The notes under the pieces were generated by a model, which made no database searches, was not told where the DNA came from, and was given only the letters and a program-made list of their open reading frames with translations. Below are positions 10,436-20,193 of a stretch of 64,000 nucleotides of DNA, in pieces. The translations under genes were made by a program, and so were the position numbers. Position 1 is the first letter of the stretch. Each line of letters begins with the position of its first letter. The stretch is taken from NCBI GenBank assembly GCA_963666565.1, contig OY762911.1:384001-448000 (forward strand), given 5' to 3'. The stretch comes from Thermoanaerobaculia bacterium. GTDB lineage: Bacteria; Acidobacteriota; Thermoanaerobaculia; Multivoradales; Multivoraceae.

Positions 10436-10722
10436 CGACCGCGTGAACCGATAAACACATCGGGCTCAGGGGGCGGCGTCTCAGCGTCGGTTCCCCAAGA
10501 GGACACCCAGTCGTCCATCGCGGCCTGCGAAACGAACACGCCGGCTTCAGCCTCCCGGAGCGCGGCCTGAATGGCCGCTCGCTTCTCGGTGCAGTTGCGC
10601 AACATGACCTCGATCGCCTCGCCGGCAAGATGCGACGCGGAACGATGCTGACGCTTGGCCTCGATCCGGAGGCTCTCGAGGAGGTCGGCGTCTATGCGCA
10701 AGCTCGCTTGCTGCGTGGTCAT
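10432..10722 (-). CDS. CopG/RHH-type antitoxin
   Basis: SLRID N-terminus and AIQAALREAEAG.FVSQ..DDWV.SWGTD.E.PPP C-terminus, typical of ParE-linked antitoxins; CAGGAG RBS before ATG 10722. Confidence 0.85.
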   Translation of the reverse strand: MTTQQASLRIDADLLESLRIEAKRQHRSASHLAGEAIEVMLRNCTEKRAAIQAALREAEAGVFVSQAAMDDWVSSWGTDAETPPPEPDVFIGSRGR

Positions 10723-10817
10723 GGTGTTGATCTCCTGTAGCCGACTGCTCGCGCGTCGAGCAGCGGAGCGCACAACATCCTATGACGGCTGCCTGCTCCC
10801 TGACCGACGCTTGGCAC

Positions 10818-11897
10818 TTAACCCCGTAGCCGGCCGCCGAGCCAACGCAGGGACTCTTCATCCATCCGCGCTTCGATCCTGAGTTCCAGGAGCGGCGGCG
10901 CGCCTTCAGAAAAGCGGCCCCGGAGCTTGACGGCGTCCTTGGACGTCGTGACGACGGCGTCGCAGCGGTGGCGGGCGCAGGCGGCTTCGATCGTGCGGAG
11001 GGAGCGCGGCGGATAGCGGTGGTGGTCGGCGAAGCGGAGGTGGTGCACGCAGTCCAGCCCGGCGGCGGCCGCGGTGCGGGCGACTCGCTCCGGACGGGCG
11101 ACGCCGGTGACGAGCAGCGGTCGGCTCGGCGACGGGGCGGCGGCGAGGTCGGCCTGGATGCCGGAGGCGGCGAGTTCCGCCTGGATGCGCGAGGTAAAGA
11201 CGCGGCCGGCGAAGCCGTGTCGGCGCAGGGTCGGCTCGAAGTCGGCCGGCGGTTCGGCGTCCGCTTCGAGGCCGGTGAGCACCGCGGCGTCGGCGAAGCG
11301 CGCGTGCTCCAGCGGCTCGCGCAGGCGGCCGCCCGGCAGGAGCAGGCCGCCGGCAAACGGGTCGGCGGCCGGGAAGGTCAGGATCTCGACGTCGCGGCGC
11401 ACGCGGAGGTGCGAGAAGCCGTCGTCGAGCAGGAAGACGTCGATGTCGGGCGTACGCTCCAGAGCCAGGGCGGCGGCCGCCCGGCGGTCGGCGCCGACCG
11501 CGACGACCGCGCCCGGCGCCTGTTCGGCGATCATCAGCGGCTCGTCGCCGCCCTCGGCGACCGTCGCCAGCGGCCCTTCGCCGAGGCTGACGATCAGAGG
11601 CAGCTTGCCGCGGCGACGGTAGCCGCGCGACAGCACGGCCACTCGCAGGCCGCGGCCGGCCAGCCCGCGCGCCGTCGCGATGACCGTCGGCGTCTTGCCG
11701 CTGCCGCCCCAGTGCAGGTTGCCGACGCTGACCGTGGGACGACCCAGGCTCTCCGCTCTTGCCGCCCAGTACCGTCGCCGCCGGCCATGCGCCCAGCCGT
11801 AGAAGCGCTGCCAGGGACCGCGGCGACGGCTCACGTGCGTCCCGCCGGGTGATCCGAACGCCCCGAACGGCGCCGGCCGGGAACGAAGACGCGCCAC
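10818..11897 (-). CDS. lpxK: Tetraacyldisaccharide 4'-kinase
   Basis: SVGNL.WGGSGKTP, LSRGY, GDEP, LLDDGF.H, LLPGGRLRE, FADHH.Y and TTSKDAVK; start uncertain. Confidence 0.95.
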   Translation of the reverse strand: MARLRSRPAPFGAFGSPGGTHVSRRRGPWQRFYGWAHGRRRRYWAARAESLGRPTVSVGNLHWGGSGKTPTVIATARGLAGRGLRVAVLSRGYRRRGKLPLIVSLGEGPLATVAEGGDEPLMIAEQAPGAVVAVGADRRAAAALALERTPDIDVFLLDDGFSHLRVRRDVEILTFPAADPFAGGLLLPGGRLREPLEHARFADAAVLTGLEADAEPPADFEPTLRRHGFAGRVFTSRIQAELAASGIQADLAAAPSPSRPLLVTGVARPERVARTAAAAGLDCVHHLRFADHHRYPPRSLRTIEAACARHRCDAVVTTSKDAVKLRGRFSEGAPPLLELRIEARMDEESLRWLGGRLRG

Positions 11898-11904
11898 GCC
11901 GCCT

Positions 11905-13278
11905 TCATTCCAGGTCCACCAGTTGACCGAGCAACTCGACCGACCGCTCGACGGCGCCCCGGTTGCGGTCGACCATCTCCCGTGCCCGCCTGCCCTGCTC
12001 CGCCGCCTCGAGGGGCCGGTCGATCAGCCGCCGCCAGGCCGCGGTCAGGGCCTCGCCGTCACGGACCACGGTCAGGGCGTCGGCGGCCTCGAAGTCTCGG
12101 GCGACGCGCCGGAAGTTCTCCATCGACGGGCCGACGACCGCCGGTACCCCGAAGCGCGCCGCCTCGATGGGGTTGTGGCCGCCGGTCGGCACCAACGAAC
12201 CGCCGATGAAGGCAGCCGCCGCCAGCCGGTAGATGGACGCGAGTTCGCCCAGGGAGTCCAGCAAGACGACCCGGACCTGCGCTGTCGGCTGTTGGCCACC
12301 CCCAGACTGTTCCGTCGACTCGGACCCCAAGTCGGTGTGCTGCCGACCAGCGAAGGGGCGCTCCGCGAGGCGATCGCCGGCGCTGTCGGGCAGCCTGAGA
12401 TTCTCCATTCGGCTCCGCCGCATCGCCGGCAGCGAGCGCTCCTCCACCTCGCGCCACGCCTCGTCGAAGCGCTGCGGGTGCCGGGCCGCCAACACCAGCA
12501 TCGCGTCGCGCTCCAGCCGCTCGAAGGCGTCCAGCACGATCGTCTCTTCGCCGGCCATCGTCGAGCCGGCGACCAGGATGGGCCGGCCGCCCGCCAGGCC
12601 GCGCAGCGCCGCCTCCAGACCCTCAACCGGCGTCGGTTCCGGCGTGTCGAACTTGAGGTTCCCCGTCAGCGCCACCCGCTCCGGCGCCGCCCCCAGGCTC
12701 ACGAGCCGCTCTTCGTCCTGCGGGCTCTGCGCGCCGAAGCGACCGACCGGGTCGAACAGCAACCGCCGGCACAACCGGCGCGCCGGGCGCATCCGCGCGT
12801 AGCTCCGGTCGCTGACGCGCGCGTTCAGCACCGCCGCCGGAATCCCGCGACGGGCGCAGTTCCGCAGGATCAGCGGCCACAGCTCGCTCTCCACCAGCGC
12901 CAGGGCCCGCGGCGAGTAGCGGTCGAGGAAGCGCGACACGAGCGGCGCCAGGTCGAACGGCAGATAGGTGACGACGACGCTGCGGCGGCCGGCGGCCAGC
13001 GGCCCGAACAGCCTCTTCGCCTCCGCCTGGCCGGTGGGCGTCACCGTCGTCACCAGCAGGTCGAGGTCCGCCGGCAGCGCCCGGGCGAAGGCCGCAGCCA
13101 CCGCGGTTTCGCCCACCGATGCCGCGTGCAGCCACAGCGGCCGCGATCCTCCGGGCTCCGGCAACCGCCCCAGCCGGGCCGGAAGGGTCTGCAGGTAGTG
13201 GCGGCCGCGCCGGGCCAGCAGGACCGGCGCCGCCACGCACAACCCCGCCGCCATCGCAAGCTGGTAGAGGAACCACAT
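11905..13278 (-). CDS. waaA: 3-deoxy-D-manno-octulosonic acid transferase
   Basis: WLHAASVGE, YLPFD, ESELWP, TGNLKFD, ARHPQRF, DSLGEL and GGSL..GGHNPIEAA. Confidence 0.95.
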   Translation of the reverse strand: MWFLYQLAMAAGLCVAAPVLLARRGRHYLQTLPARLGRLPEPGGSRPLWLHAASVGETAVAAAFARALPADLDLLVTTVTPTGQAEAKRLFGPLAAGRRSVVVTYLPFDLAPLVSRFLDRYSPRALALVESELWPLILRNCARRGIPAAVLNARVSDRSYARMRPARRLCRRLLFDPVGRFGAQSPQDEERLVSLGAAPERVALTGNLKFDTPEPTPVEGLEAALRGLAGGRPILVAGSTMAGEETIVLDAFERLERDAMLVLAARHPQRFDEAWREVEERSLPAMRRSRMENLRLPDSAGDRLAERPFAGRQHTDLGSESTEQSGGGQQPTAQVRVVLLDSLGELASIYRLAAAAFIGGSLVPTGGHNPIEAARFGVPAVVGPSMENFRRVARDFEAADALTVVRDGEALTAAWRRLIDRPLEAAEQGRRAREMVDRNRGAVERSVELLGQLVDLE

Positions 13279-13302
13279 AAGTGACGGCCGGAGTCCGGCC
13301 CG

Positions 13303-13350
13303 CCGGGCGCCCGGGCCTCCGACCCGCTGCCGCCGGAGGCGGCCGCGAGG
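13303..13350 (+). repeat. Degenerate REP-like copy with tail
   Basis: ..CCGGGCCTCCGACCCGCTGCCGCCGGAGGCGGCC resembles the copies at 26214 and 33748. Confidence 0.6.
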
Positions 13351-13474
13351 CGCCGGCCGGACCGTATCGACGCCCGAGTATAATTCCGCCGCCTGCTGGC
13401 GGAGGCCGTTCCGGTCACTACGAAGCGCGGCCTCTTGGACGCTTTGCTCCGGGCCTCCGTATCAACAGCGAGGC

Positions 13475-14182
13475 ATGAGATCCGCGCAAGCCATCCGCAT
13501 GGAACCGCCACGCGAAGATCCTCCCCGGAGCGGTCTGACGATCGCGTACTCCCGCCATCGACGCCGGATGGCGTGGGCCGACGCGCCCGACGCCGAGCTC
13601 CTGGAGGGCATGCGCGGCGACGACGAACTCGCGCTCGACGAGCTGATGCGCCGCAAGACGGCCCCGCTCGTGCAACTGGCCACCCGGCTGGTGGGCGACC
13701 GGGAGGACGCCCGCGACATCGTCCAGGTCGCCTTCCTGCGGATCTGGGACTCGCGGCGCCGATTCGACCGCCGCTTCAGCCCGAACACGTGGATCTACCG
13801 GATCGTCTCGAACCTCGCGATCGACCACCTGCGTTCCCGCTCCTCCCGGCTCCGCTCGCTGCAGAGCTTCCAGTTGCACCAGGAACATCTGGCCGGCGAG
13901 AGCGCCCCGCGGCAACTCGATTCGCTCTCCGCCCGCGAAGTCCGCGCCGTGTTTCAGGAACTCGCCTCCACCCTGAGCGAGAAGCAGCGCGCCGTCTTCG
14001 TGCTGCGGGAGATGGAGGGTCTGAAGGGCAGAGAGATCGCCGCCATCCTCGGCATCCGCCCCTCGACCGTCCGCAACCACCTGTTCAACAGCCGCAGGCT
14101 GCTCCGCGAGGAACTGCTCAAGCGGTATCCCGAGTACGCCCGGCGCGCCGGCGCCCGCCGGGAAGGAAGGGAGCGCCCATGA
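13475..14182 (+). CDS. ECF RNA polymerase sigma factor
   Basis: DARDIVQVAFLRIW, TWIYRIVSNLAIDHLR and LSEKQRAVFVLRE..EIAAILG..STVRNHL; true start may be ATG 13568. Confidence 0.92.
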   Translation: MRSAQAIRMEPPREDPPRSGLTIAYSRHRRRMAWADAPDAELLEGMRGDDELALDELMRRKTAPLVQLATRLVGDREDARDIVQVAFLRIWDSRRRFDRRFSPNTWIYRIVSNLAIDHLRSRSSRLRSLQSFQLHQEHLAGESAPRQLDSLSAREVRAVFQELASTLSEKQRAVFVLREMEGLKGREIAAILGIRPSTVRNHLFNSRRLLREELLKRYPEYARRAGARREGRERP

Positions 14183-14805
14183 CTTCTCTCTGCCCCGACT
14201 GGGCCGTCCTCGCGCGCGAGCGCGAACAGGCGGAACGCCGTCCCGAGATCGGCGACGCGAACGTGGACGCCCTCTGGCAGGACGCTCTCCGGCACCGCGA
14301 GGGCTGCGACCGCTGCCGCGCGGCCTCCCTCGACGTCGATCCCCTGCTGCTGTTCAGCGGCGCCTTCGCCGGCGGCGAGGACGAGGACGACCGCGCCGGC
14401 GAAGTCGACGCGATCCGCCGGCGCGTGCGGCTCGAACTCGACGGGCGGGCCACCGAGCGGCGCCTGAACGAGGCGCGGAGCGCCCGCCGGCGCCTGCCCA
14501 TGGCCTCGCTCCTGGCCGCCGGCGTCGCCGCCGCGGCGCTCGGCGCGAGCCTCCTGCTGTGGCGGGCCAACGCGCCGTCCCCGGCGGAGGTCGCCGCCGC
14601 AGGGGCGCCCGGCGCCAATCCCCCGATCGGGCTGGAGGACGCGCCGGCGACGCTGGCGATCGCGGACGCCGCGCTCGCGCTGCCCGACCACATCGCGATG
14701 GCGCCGCTGGTCGAGCCGCTCGGCGACGAACCGCTGCAGGTCTACCAGGTTCCCGGCAACGGCAACGGCGCCGACCTCGACGTCGTCCTGGTGGTGGCGC
14801 CGTGA
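14179..14805 (+). CDS. Putative zinc-binding transmembrane anti-sigma factor
   Basis: ATGA overlap with the sigma gene; HREGCDRC matches the Hx3Cx2C ZAS motif; one TM helix. Confidence 0.7.
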   Translation: MTSLCPDWAVLAREREQAERRPEIGDANVDALWQDALRHREGCDRCRAASLDVDPLLLFSGAFAGGEDEDDRAGEVDAIRRRVRLELDGRATERRLNEARSARRRLPMASLLAAGVAAAALGASLLLWRANAPSPAEVAAAGAPGANPPIGLEDAPATLAIADAALALPDHIAMAPLVEPLGDEPLQVYQVPGNGNGADLDVVLVVAP

Positions 14806-15557
14806 GAGCTCCAAGCGCCGCGCGCGCCCTCCGCCGGGTCGTGGCTCTTGTGGCCGCCCTGCCGCTCCTGGCCGCCGCCGGCCTGTCGCCGTCCGTTCTC
14901 GCGCAGCCGGCGGGCGGGCAGCAGGAGGCCGAGACCCAGATCCGCCACGCCTTCACGCTCCAGCACCAGCGCGCCGACGACGCCCTGGAGTGGATGCAGA
15001 ACGAGATGTCGCCCCAGGGCACGATCGAACTGCAGCGCGCGACGAACACCCTCGTGCTGAGGGACCGAAGCAGCGTGCTCGAGCACCTGCTCGCCCTGCT
15101 GCGCGACTTCGACCACCCGCGCCGGCAGATCGAGTTCGAGATCTTCATCCTCGAGGCGTCGCGCCGCGGCAGCGGCGACCCGCGCTCCGAGCTGCCGGCG
15201 CAGCTCACCGACGAGCTGGGCAACTGGCTGGCCTTCACCAGCTACCGCCTGCTCGGCGAGGGCCGGTTCGAGGCGACGGAGGGCGAGGACGTCCGCTACG
15301 AGATGGGCGCCGAGTTCCGGCTCAGCTTCCGGGTCGGCACCGTGCTGCTCGACCGCCGCCTCAAGCTCTACGGGGTCGAGATCGAACGCAGCCGCAGCGC
15401 CGTCCTCGACGAGCGCGTCTTCAACGGCCACCTGAACGTCTGGGTCGGCAAACCGCTGGTCCTGGCGCTCCCCTACCGAGGCTCCGACGCCAGCGGCCTG
15501 GTGGTCGCCGTGACCGTCCGGTCTCCCCGGGAAGACGGCCTGAGCGCCGCCGACTAG
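14802..15557 (+). CDS. Exported protein with a stand-alone secretin N-terminal (NolW-like) domain
   Basis: Signal peptide; FTLQHQRADD..SPQGTI..ATNTLVLRD..LLRDFDHPRRQIEFEIFILE; GTGA overlap. Confidence 0.65.
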   Translation: MRAPSAARALRRVVALVAALPLLAAAGLSPSVLAQPAGGQQEAETQIRHAFTLQHQRADDALEWMQNEMSPQGTIELQRATNTLVLRDRSSVLEHLLALLRDFDHPRRQIEFEIFILEASRRGSGDPRSELPAQLTDELGNWLAFTSYRLLGEGRFEATEGEDVRYEMGAEFRLSFRVGTVLLDRRLKLYGVEIERSRSAVLDERVFNGHLNVWVGKPLVLALPYRGSDASGLVVAVTVRSPREDGLSAAD

Positions 15558-15571
15558 GAGCGAATCGGGTC

Positions 15572-16810
15572 ATGCAGTTCGTCTGCCGGCTGGGCACCGC
15601 CGACGGTCGCATCGTGGAACGGATCCACGAGGCGCCGGACCTCCGCACCGCGCGCCGCGAGATCGAACGCCGCGGGCTCCACGTCTTCGAGATCAGGCGC
15701 CGCGGACTGCAGCACCTCTTCGGGTCGCTGGTGGGCGGGAGTTCGGCCGCCGCCGGAGGCGGCCGCAAGGCGGCGCCGGCCCAGGAGTTCCTGATCTTCA
15801 ACCAGCAGTTGGCGGGCCTGCTCGGGGCGGGCCTGCCCCTGCTCCAGTGCCTGGACCTGCTCTGCGAGCGGCAGCGCGACGCCGCCTTCAAGGAGGCGCT
15901 GGGCGAGATCCGCAACCGCGTCGAGAGCGGCGAGGAACTCTCCGAGGCCTTCGCGGCCGCCGAGAGGGCCTTCCCGCCGATCTACAGCTCGATGCTCAAG
16001 GCCGGCGAGCAGAGCGGCGGCCTGGAACGGGTCATCCGCCGCTACGTGCGCCAGCTCAAGCTGGTCACGAGCTCCCGCAAGCGGGTGGTCAGCGCGTTCT
16101 TCTACCCGGCGCTCCTGATCTGCCTGTCCGTCGGCATCGTGGCGGTGATGATGTTCTTCGTCATGCCCCGCTTCGAGGAGTTCTACGTGGCGCTCGACCT
16201 CGACCTGCCCTGGCTCACGCGGGCTCTCCTCGTCACGTCCGACGTGCTCCGCAGCCCGACCACCCTGGCGCTGCTCGCCGTCGCGTCCGTGGCGGGCTGG
16301 GCGGCCTGGAGGCTGGGCAGGAGCGGCCGGCTCGGTGCCCTGGTCGACCGGCTCAAGCTGCGGCTGCCGATCGTCGGGCCGATCTTCCACCGCTTCGCGC
16401 TGTCCGAGTTCTGCCGCTCCCTGGCCACCCTGCTGCACGGCGGCCTGCCGCTCGCCGCGGCGCTCGAAACCGCGTCGTCGGCGGTGACGAACCGGTTCCT
16501 GCACCAGCGGGCGGCGGCGCTCGGACCGCGGATCCGCGAGGGCGAGGCTTTCCACGTCGCCCTCGAGGAATCGGGCGTGTTCACCGACCTCGCCATCGAC
16601 ATGGTCAAGGTCGGCGAGGCGACCGGCGCCCTGGACGAGATGGTGAACAGCGTGTCCGACTTCCTGGACGAGGACGTCGAGACCCGTACCGAGCGCCTGC
16701 TCTCGCTGGTGGAGCCGGTGATGCTGGTCGTCATGGGCTGCACCGTCGCCCTGCTCGTGCTCTCGATGTACCTGCCGCTGTTCAGCGTGCTGGGACAGGT
16801 GCAGGGCTGA
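15572..16810 (+). CDS. Type II secretion/type IV pilus platform protein (GspF/PilC family)
   Basis: FNQQLAGLL.AGLPL, V.SGE.LSEA, AGEQSG.L, MVKVGEATGAL and LVEP..LSMYLPLF. Confidence 0.93.
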   Translation: MQFVCRLGTADGRIVERIHEAPDLRTARREIERRGLHVFEIRRRGLQHLFGSLVGGSSAAAGGGRKAAPAQEFLIFNQQLAGLLGAGLPLLQCLDLLCERQRDAAFKEALGEIRNRVESGEELSEAFAAAERAFPPIYSSMLKAGEQSGGLERVIRRYVRQLKLVTSSRKRVVSAFFYPALLICLSVGIVAVMMFFVMPRFEEFYVALDLDLPWLTRALLVTSDVLRSPTTLALLAVASVAGWAAWRLGRSGRLGALVDRLKLRLPIVGPIFHRFALSEFCRSLATLLHGGLPLAAALETASSAVTNRFLHQRAAALGPRIREGEAFHVALEESGVFTDLAIDMVKVGEATGALDEMVNSVSDFLDEDVETRTERLLSLVEPVMLVVMGCTVALLVLSMYLPLFSVLGQVQG

Positions 16811-18495
16811 TGGTCGTCCACGAAGATAGCGCCGCGGCGCGCAACCGCCGGCTGATCGCGGAGGGCGTGTCGGACCTCGAGGGCCTGCGGGTGGCGAGCG
16901 ACGACGAGGACCGGCTCGGCCGGGAACGGGCCGAGGCCGACCGGCTGGCCGAGCAGTTCGGCCTCGAGGTCGCGGACCTGGCGAACTTCCGCATCGACAA
17001 CGACCTCTTCCGGCACATTCCGTTCGACCTCATGCTCCGCTACGGCTTCATCCCGGAGCGGCAGTTGGAGGGCCGCCTGGCGGTCGTCATGGCCGATCCG
17101 ACGGACGTGGTCCGGGTCGACGAACTGGAGCTGCAGCTCGGGCAACCGCTCGAACCCCGCATCGGCGTCCGGTCCGAGATCGAGGACCTGCTGCAGAAGT
17201 CCGAGAGCGCTCAGCGCGTCCTCGACGAGGCGACCGAGGACTTCAAGATCCAGCTCGTCCAGGAAGACGAGGACAGCGGCGAGGTGCTCTCGATCGACCG
17301 GATCTCGGCCGATCAGAGCCCGATCATCAAGCTGGTCGACTCGACGCTGTTCAACGCCATCCAGCGCCGGGCCTCGGACGTCCACATCGAGACCCGCGAG
17401 CACGAGGTCGTCATCAAGTACCGGATCGACGGCGTGCTGTACCAGGCGATGGAGCCGATCGACAAGCGCCATCACCAGACGATCGTCAGCCGGATCAAGG
17501 TGATGTCCGAACTCGACATCGCCGAGAAACGGGTTCCCCAGGACGGCCGCTTCAAGGTCCGCGTGAGCGGCCGCACGATCGACTTCCGGGTCTCCGTGAT
17601 GCCCTCCGTCCACGGCGAGGACTGCGTGATCCGCATCCTCGACAAGGAGTCGATGAACCAGGAGTTCCGCAACCTGCGGCTCGACGTCCTCGGCCTCGAC
17701 GGCGAGACGATGGGCAAGCTCCGCAAGTTCATCCGCGAGCCGTACGGCATGGTCCTGGTCACCGGCCCGACCGGCTCCGGCAAGACGACCACGCTCTACG
17801 CCTGCCTGTCCGAGATCCAGTCCAGCGAGGACAAGATCGTCACGATCGAGGACCCGGTCGAGTACCAGCTCGACGGCATCACCCAGATTCCGGTCAACGA
17901 GAAGAAGGGGCTGACGTTCGCCCGCGGACTCCGCTCCATCCTCCGCCACGACCCGGACAAGATCATGGTCGGCGAGATCCGGGACGAGGAGACGGCCCAG
18001 ATCGCCATCCAGTCGGCGCTGACCGGCCACCTCGTGTTCACCACGGTCCACGCGAACAACGTGGTCGACGTCCTCGGCCGGTTCCTGAACATGAACGTCG
18101 ACCTGTACAACTTCGTCGCCGCCCTGAACTGCGTGCTGGCCCAGCGGCTGGTGCGCCGCATCTGCAACCACTGCCGCGAGCCGGCGAAGGCCACCGACGC
18201 CCTGCTCGAGGAGAGCGGCCTCGGCTGGGACGACATCGCCGGCTGGGAACTCTTCGAGGGCCGGGGCTGCATGGAATGCAACGGCACCGGCTTCTTCGGA
18301 CGGATGGCGGTGTCCGAACTGCTCGACCTGTCCGACCCGATCCGTGAACTGATCCTCGACCGGCGCCCGGCGTCGGAAATCCGCCGCGCCGCCGGCGCGG
18401 AGGGAATGCGTTTCCTGCGCCAGAGCGCGCTGGAGAAAGTGCGCGAAGGAGTGACCACTCTCCGTGAGATCAACAAGGTTACCTTCGTGGATTGA
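16810..18495 (+). CDS. GspE/PilB family assembly ATPase
   Basis: RASDVHIE, LDIAEKRVPQDGR, Walker A GPTGSGKTT, TIEDPVEY, LRHDPD.IMVGEIRD, TGHLVFTT.H and a tetracysteine motif. Confidence 0.96.
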   Translation: MVVHEDSAAARNRRLIAEGVSDLEGLRVASDDEDRLGRERAEADRLAEQFGLEVADLANFRIDNDLFRHIPFDLMLRYGFIPERQLEGRLAVVMADPTDVVRVDELELQLGQPLEPRIGVRSEIEDLLQKSESAQRVLDEATEDFKIQLVQEDEDSGEVLSIDRISADQSPIIKLVDSTLFNAIQRRASDVHIETREHEVVIKYRIDGVLYQAMEPIDKRHHQTIVSRIKVMSELDIAEKRVPQDGRFKVRVSGRTIDFRVSVMPSVHGEDCVIRILDKESMNQEFRNLRLDVLGLDGETMGKLRKFIREPYGMVLVTGPTGSGKTTTLYACLSEIQSSEDKIVTIEDPVEYQLDGITQIPVNEKKGLTFARGLRSILRHDPDKIMVGEIRDEETAQIAIQSALTGHLVFTTVHANNVVDVLGRFLNMNVDLYNFVAALNCVLAQRLVRRICNHCREPAKATDALLEESGLGWDDIAGWELFEGRGCMECNGTGFFGRMAVSELLDLSDPIRELILDRRPASEIRRAAGAEGMRFLRQSALEKVREGVTTLREINKVTFVD

Positions 18496-19474
18496 GCGCC
18501 TCGCCGGCCTCGACGACCCTCGGGGACCGGCGTCGGTGTTCCTGCTCGACGAGCGCGAACTCGTCCTGGCGCACTTCGTCCGCCAGAGCGGCGCCGCGCC
18601 CGAGCTGCGGGCCGTCCGGCGGCGCGCCCTGCCGGCCGAGACGTTCCAGGAGGGCGCGCTCGGCGGGCCGCTGCGGGAGCCCGCCCAGTTCCACGACGTG
18701 GTCGACGAACTCCGGCAGGCCGCCGACACGGCCACCGGGGGACCGGTGACCGCCGCCGCGCTCGTGCTGCCCGACCGCTGGCTGCGCCTGACCTTCGCCG
18801 AGCTCGAGGCCGTGCCCCGGAACGCGCGGCAGCGCGAGGAGGCGCTCCGCTTCAAGCTGCGCAAGCAGGTCCCCTTCCGGGTCGAGGAACTGCGCGTCCG
18901 CGGCGCCCGGGCCGGGAGCAACGGCGCCGGCGACTCCAACCGGTTTCTGATCGCCTTCGGCGTCGAGCGGGTGCTGGCCCAGATCGAGGATTCGTTCCGG
19001 CGCGCCGGCATCCACATCGGCATGGTGACGAACGCGAGCCTGGGGGCGGCGCAGGGCATCCGGCTGGCGCACGACGCCGAGGGGGCCTTCCTGCTCCTGC
19101 TCGCGCACCGCGACGGCTACTCCCTGATGGCGCACGCGGAGGACGGCCCGGCGCTCTACCGCTACAAGAGCTTCGACCCGGCCCTCCCCTCTCCGGTCGC
19201 TTCCCGGCTGGCCGTGCGGGAACTGCGGCTGACCCGGAGCTTCATCGAGAAACGCGGCCTCTTCGGCCCCGAAGGGGCTCTGCCCGGGCAGGTCCTCATG
19301 CTGGCCGCCGAGGCCTCCCGCGCCGTCTGGCGCGAACGGCTGGAAGACGGCCTGGGGCTCGAGGCGCGGGTGCTCCGGGACGGCGGCGCGCCGGGTGCCG
19401 GAACGGGGGCCGGAGAACTCGAACTCGACCGGGCGCTGCCGATGCTGGGCGCCTCGCTGGCGGTGAGCAGGTGA
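18464..19474 (+). CDS. PilM/GspL-like cytoplasmic alignment protein
   Basis: Operon position; AALVLPD and ALRFKLRKQVPF actin-like PilM features; start uncertain. Confidence 0.7.
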   Translation: MRSTRLPSWIERLAGLDDPRGPASVFLLDERELVLAHFVRQSGAAPELRAVRRRALPAETFQEGALGGPLREPAQFHDVVDELRQAADTATGGPVTAAALVLPDRWLRLTFAELEAVPRNARQREEALRFKLRKQVPFRVEELRVRGARAGSNGAGDSNRFLIAFGVERVLAQIEDSFRRAGIHIGMVTNASLGAAQGIRLAHDAEGAFLLLLAHRDGYSLMAHAEDGPALYRYKSFDPALPSPVASRLAVRELRLTRSFIEKRGLFGPEGALPGQVLMLAAEASRAVWRERLEDGLGLEARVLRDGGAPGAGTGAGELELDRALPMLGASLAVSR

Positions 19475-20193
19475 GCACGCTCCTCAATCTCGCCGCCCGG
19501 CCGTTCGTCAACCGCCGCCCGTGGCGCCGGCTGACGCTGCTGCTGTGGGCGCTCGGCCTCGCCCTGCTGACCCTGAACGCGGTGCTCTACTGGGGCTATC
19601 TCACCGGCTCCGCCGACGCCCGCGCCGAGCTCGCGGGGCTGCGGGAGCAGCTTGCCGGAGACCGGAGGGAGCTCGACGGGCTGAGGACGGAACTGGCGCG
19701 TCTCGACGTGGAGGCGCAGAACCTCGAGGTCGCCTTCCTGAACGAGCGCATCGCGGACCGCCGCTTTCCGTGGGGCCGGCTCTTCAACGACATCGAGCAG
19801 GTGCTGCCGTGGAACACGCGCCTGCGCAGCTTGGCGCCGCAGCGCGGCGACCGGAACCGCCGGCGGCGCGCGGCGCTCCGCTCGGGCGACGAGTCGCGGG
19901 TGGTCCTCGACCTCACCGGGGAAGCCCGGGACGACCAGGGGCTGCTCGGCCTGGTCGACGCCCTGTTCGAGCATCCCGCCTTCGACGACCCGAAGCTGCT
20001 GCAGGAGAGCCGGCAGGACGCCGGCCCGCTCGACTTCACGATCGCGGTCGTCTACCTGCCGGACGCGGCGGCCGGCGACGCGGAGGAGGCGGCGGACGCC
20101 GACGCCGGCGGCGCCGCGGACGCGACCGCGGACGTGGCCGGCGCGGAAACCCCGGCGGCCGGCGCGGCAGCGCCCGCGGAGGCCCGGCCGTGA
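19471..20193 (+). CDS. PilN-like protein
   Basis: LNLAARPF N-terminus, TM helix, coiled coil, W.RLF..IE..LP. Confidence 0.8.
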   Translation: MSTLLNLAARPFVNRRPWRRLTLLLWALGLALLTLNAVLYWGYLTGSADARAELAGLREQLAGDRRELDGLRTELARLDVEAQNLEVAFLNERIADRRFPWGRLFNDIEQVLPWNTRLRSLAPQRGDRNRRRRAALRSGDESRVVLDLTGEARDDQGLLGLVDALFEHPAFDDPKLLQESRQDAGPLDFTIAVVYLPDAAAGDAEEAADADAGGAADATADVAGAETPAAGAAAPAEARP

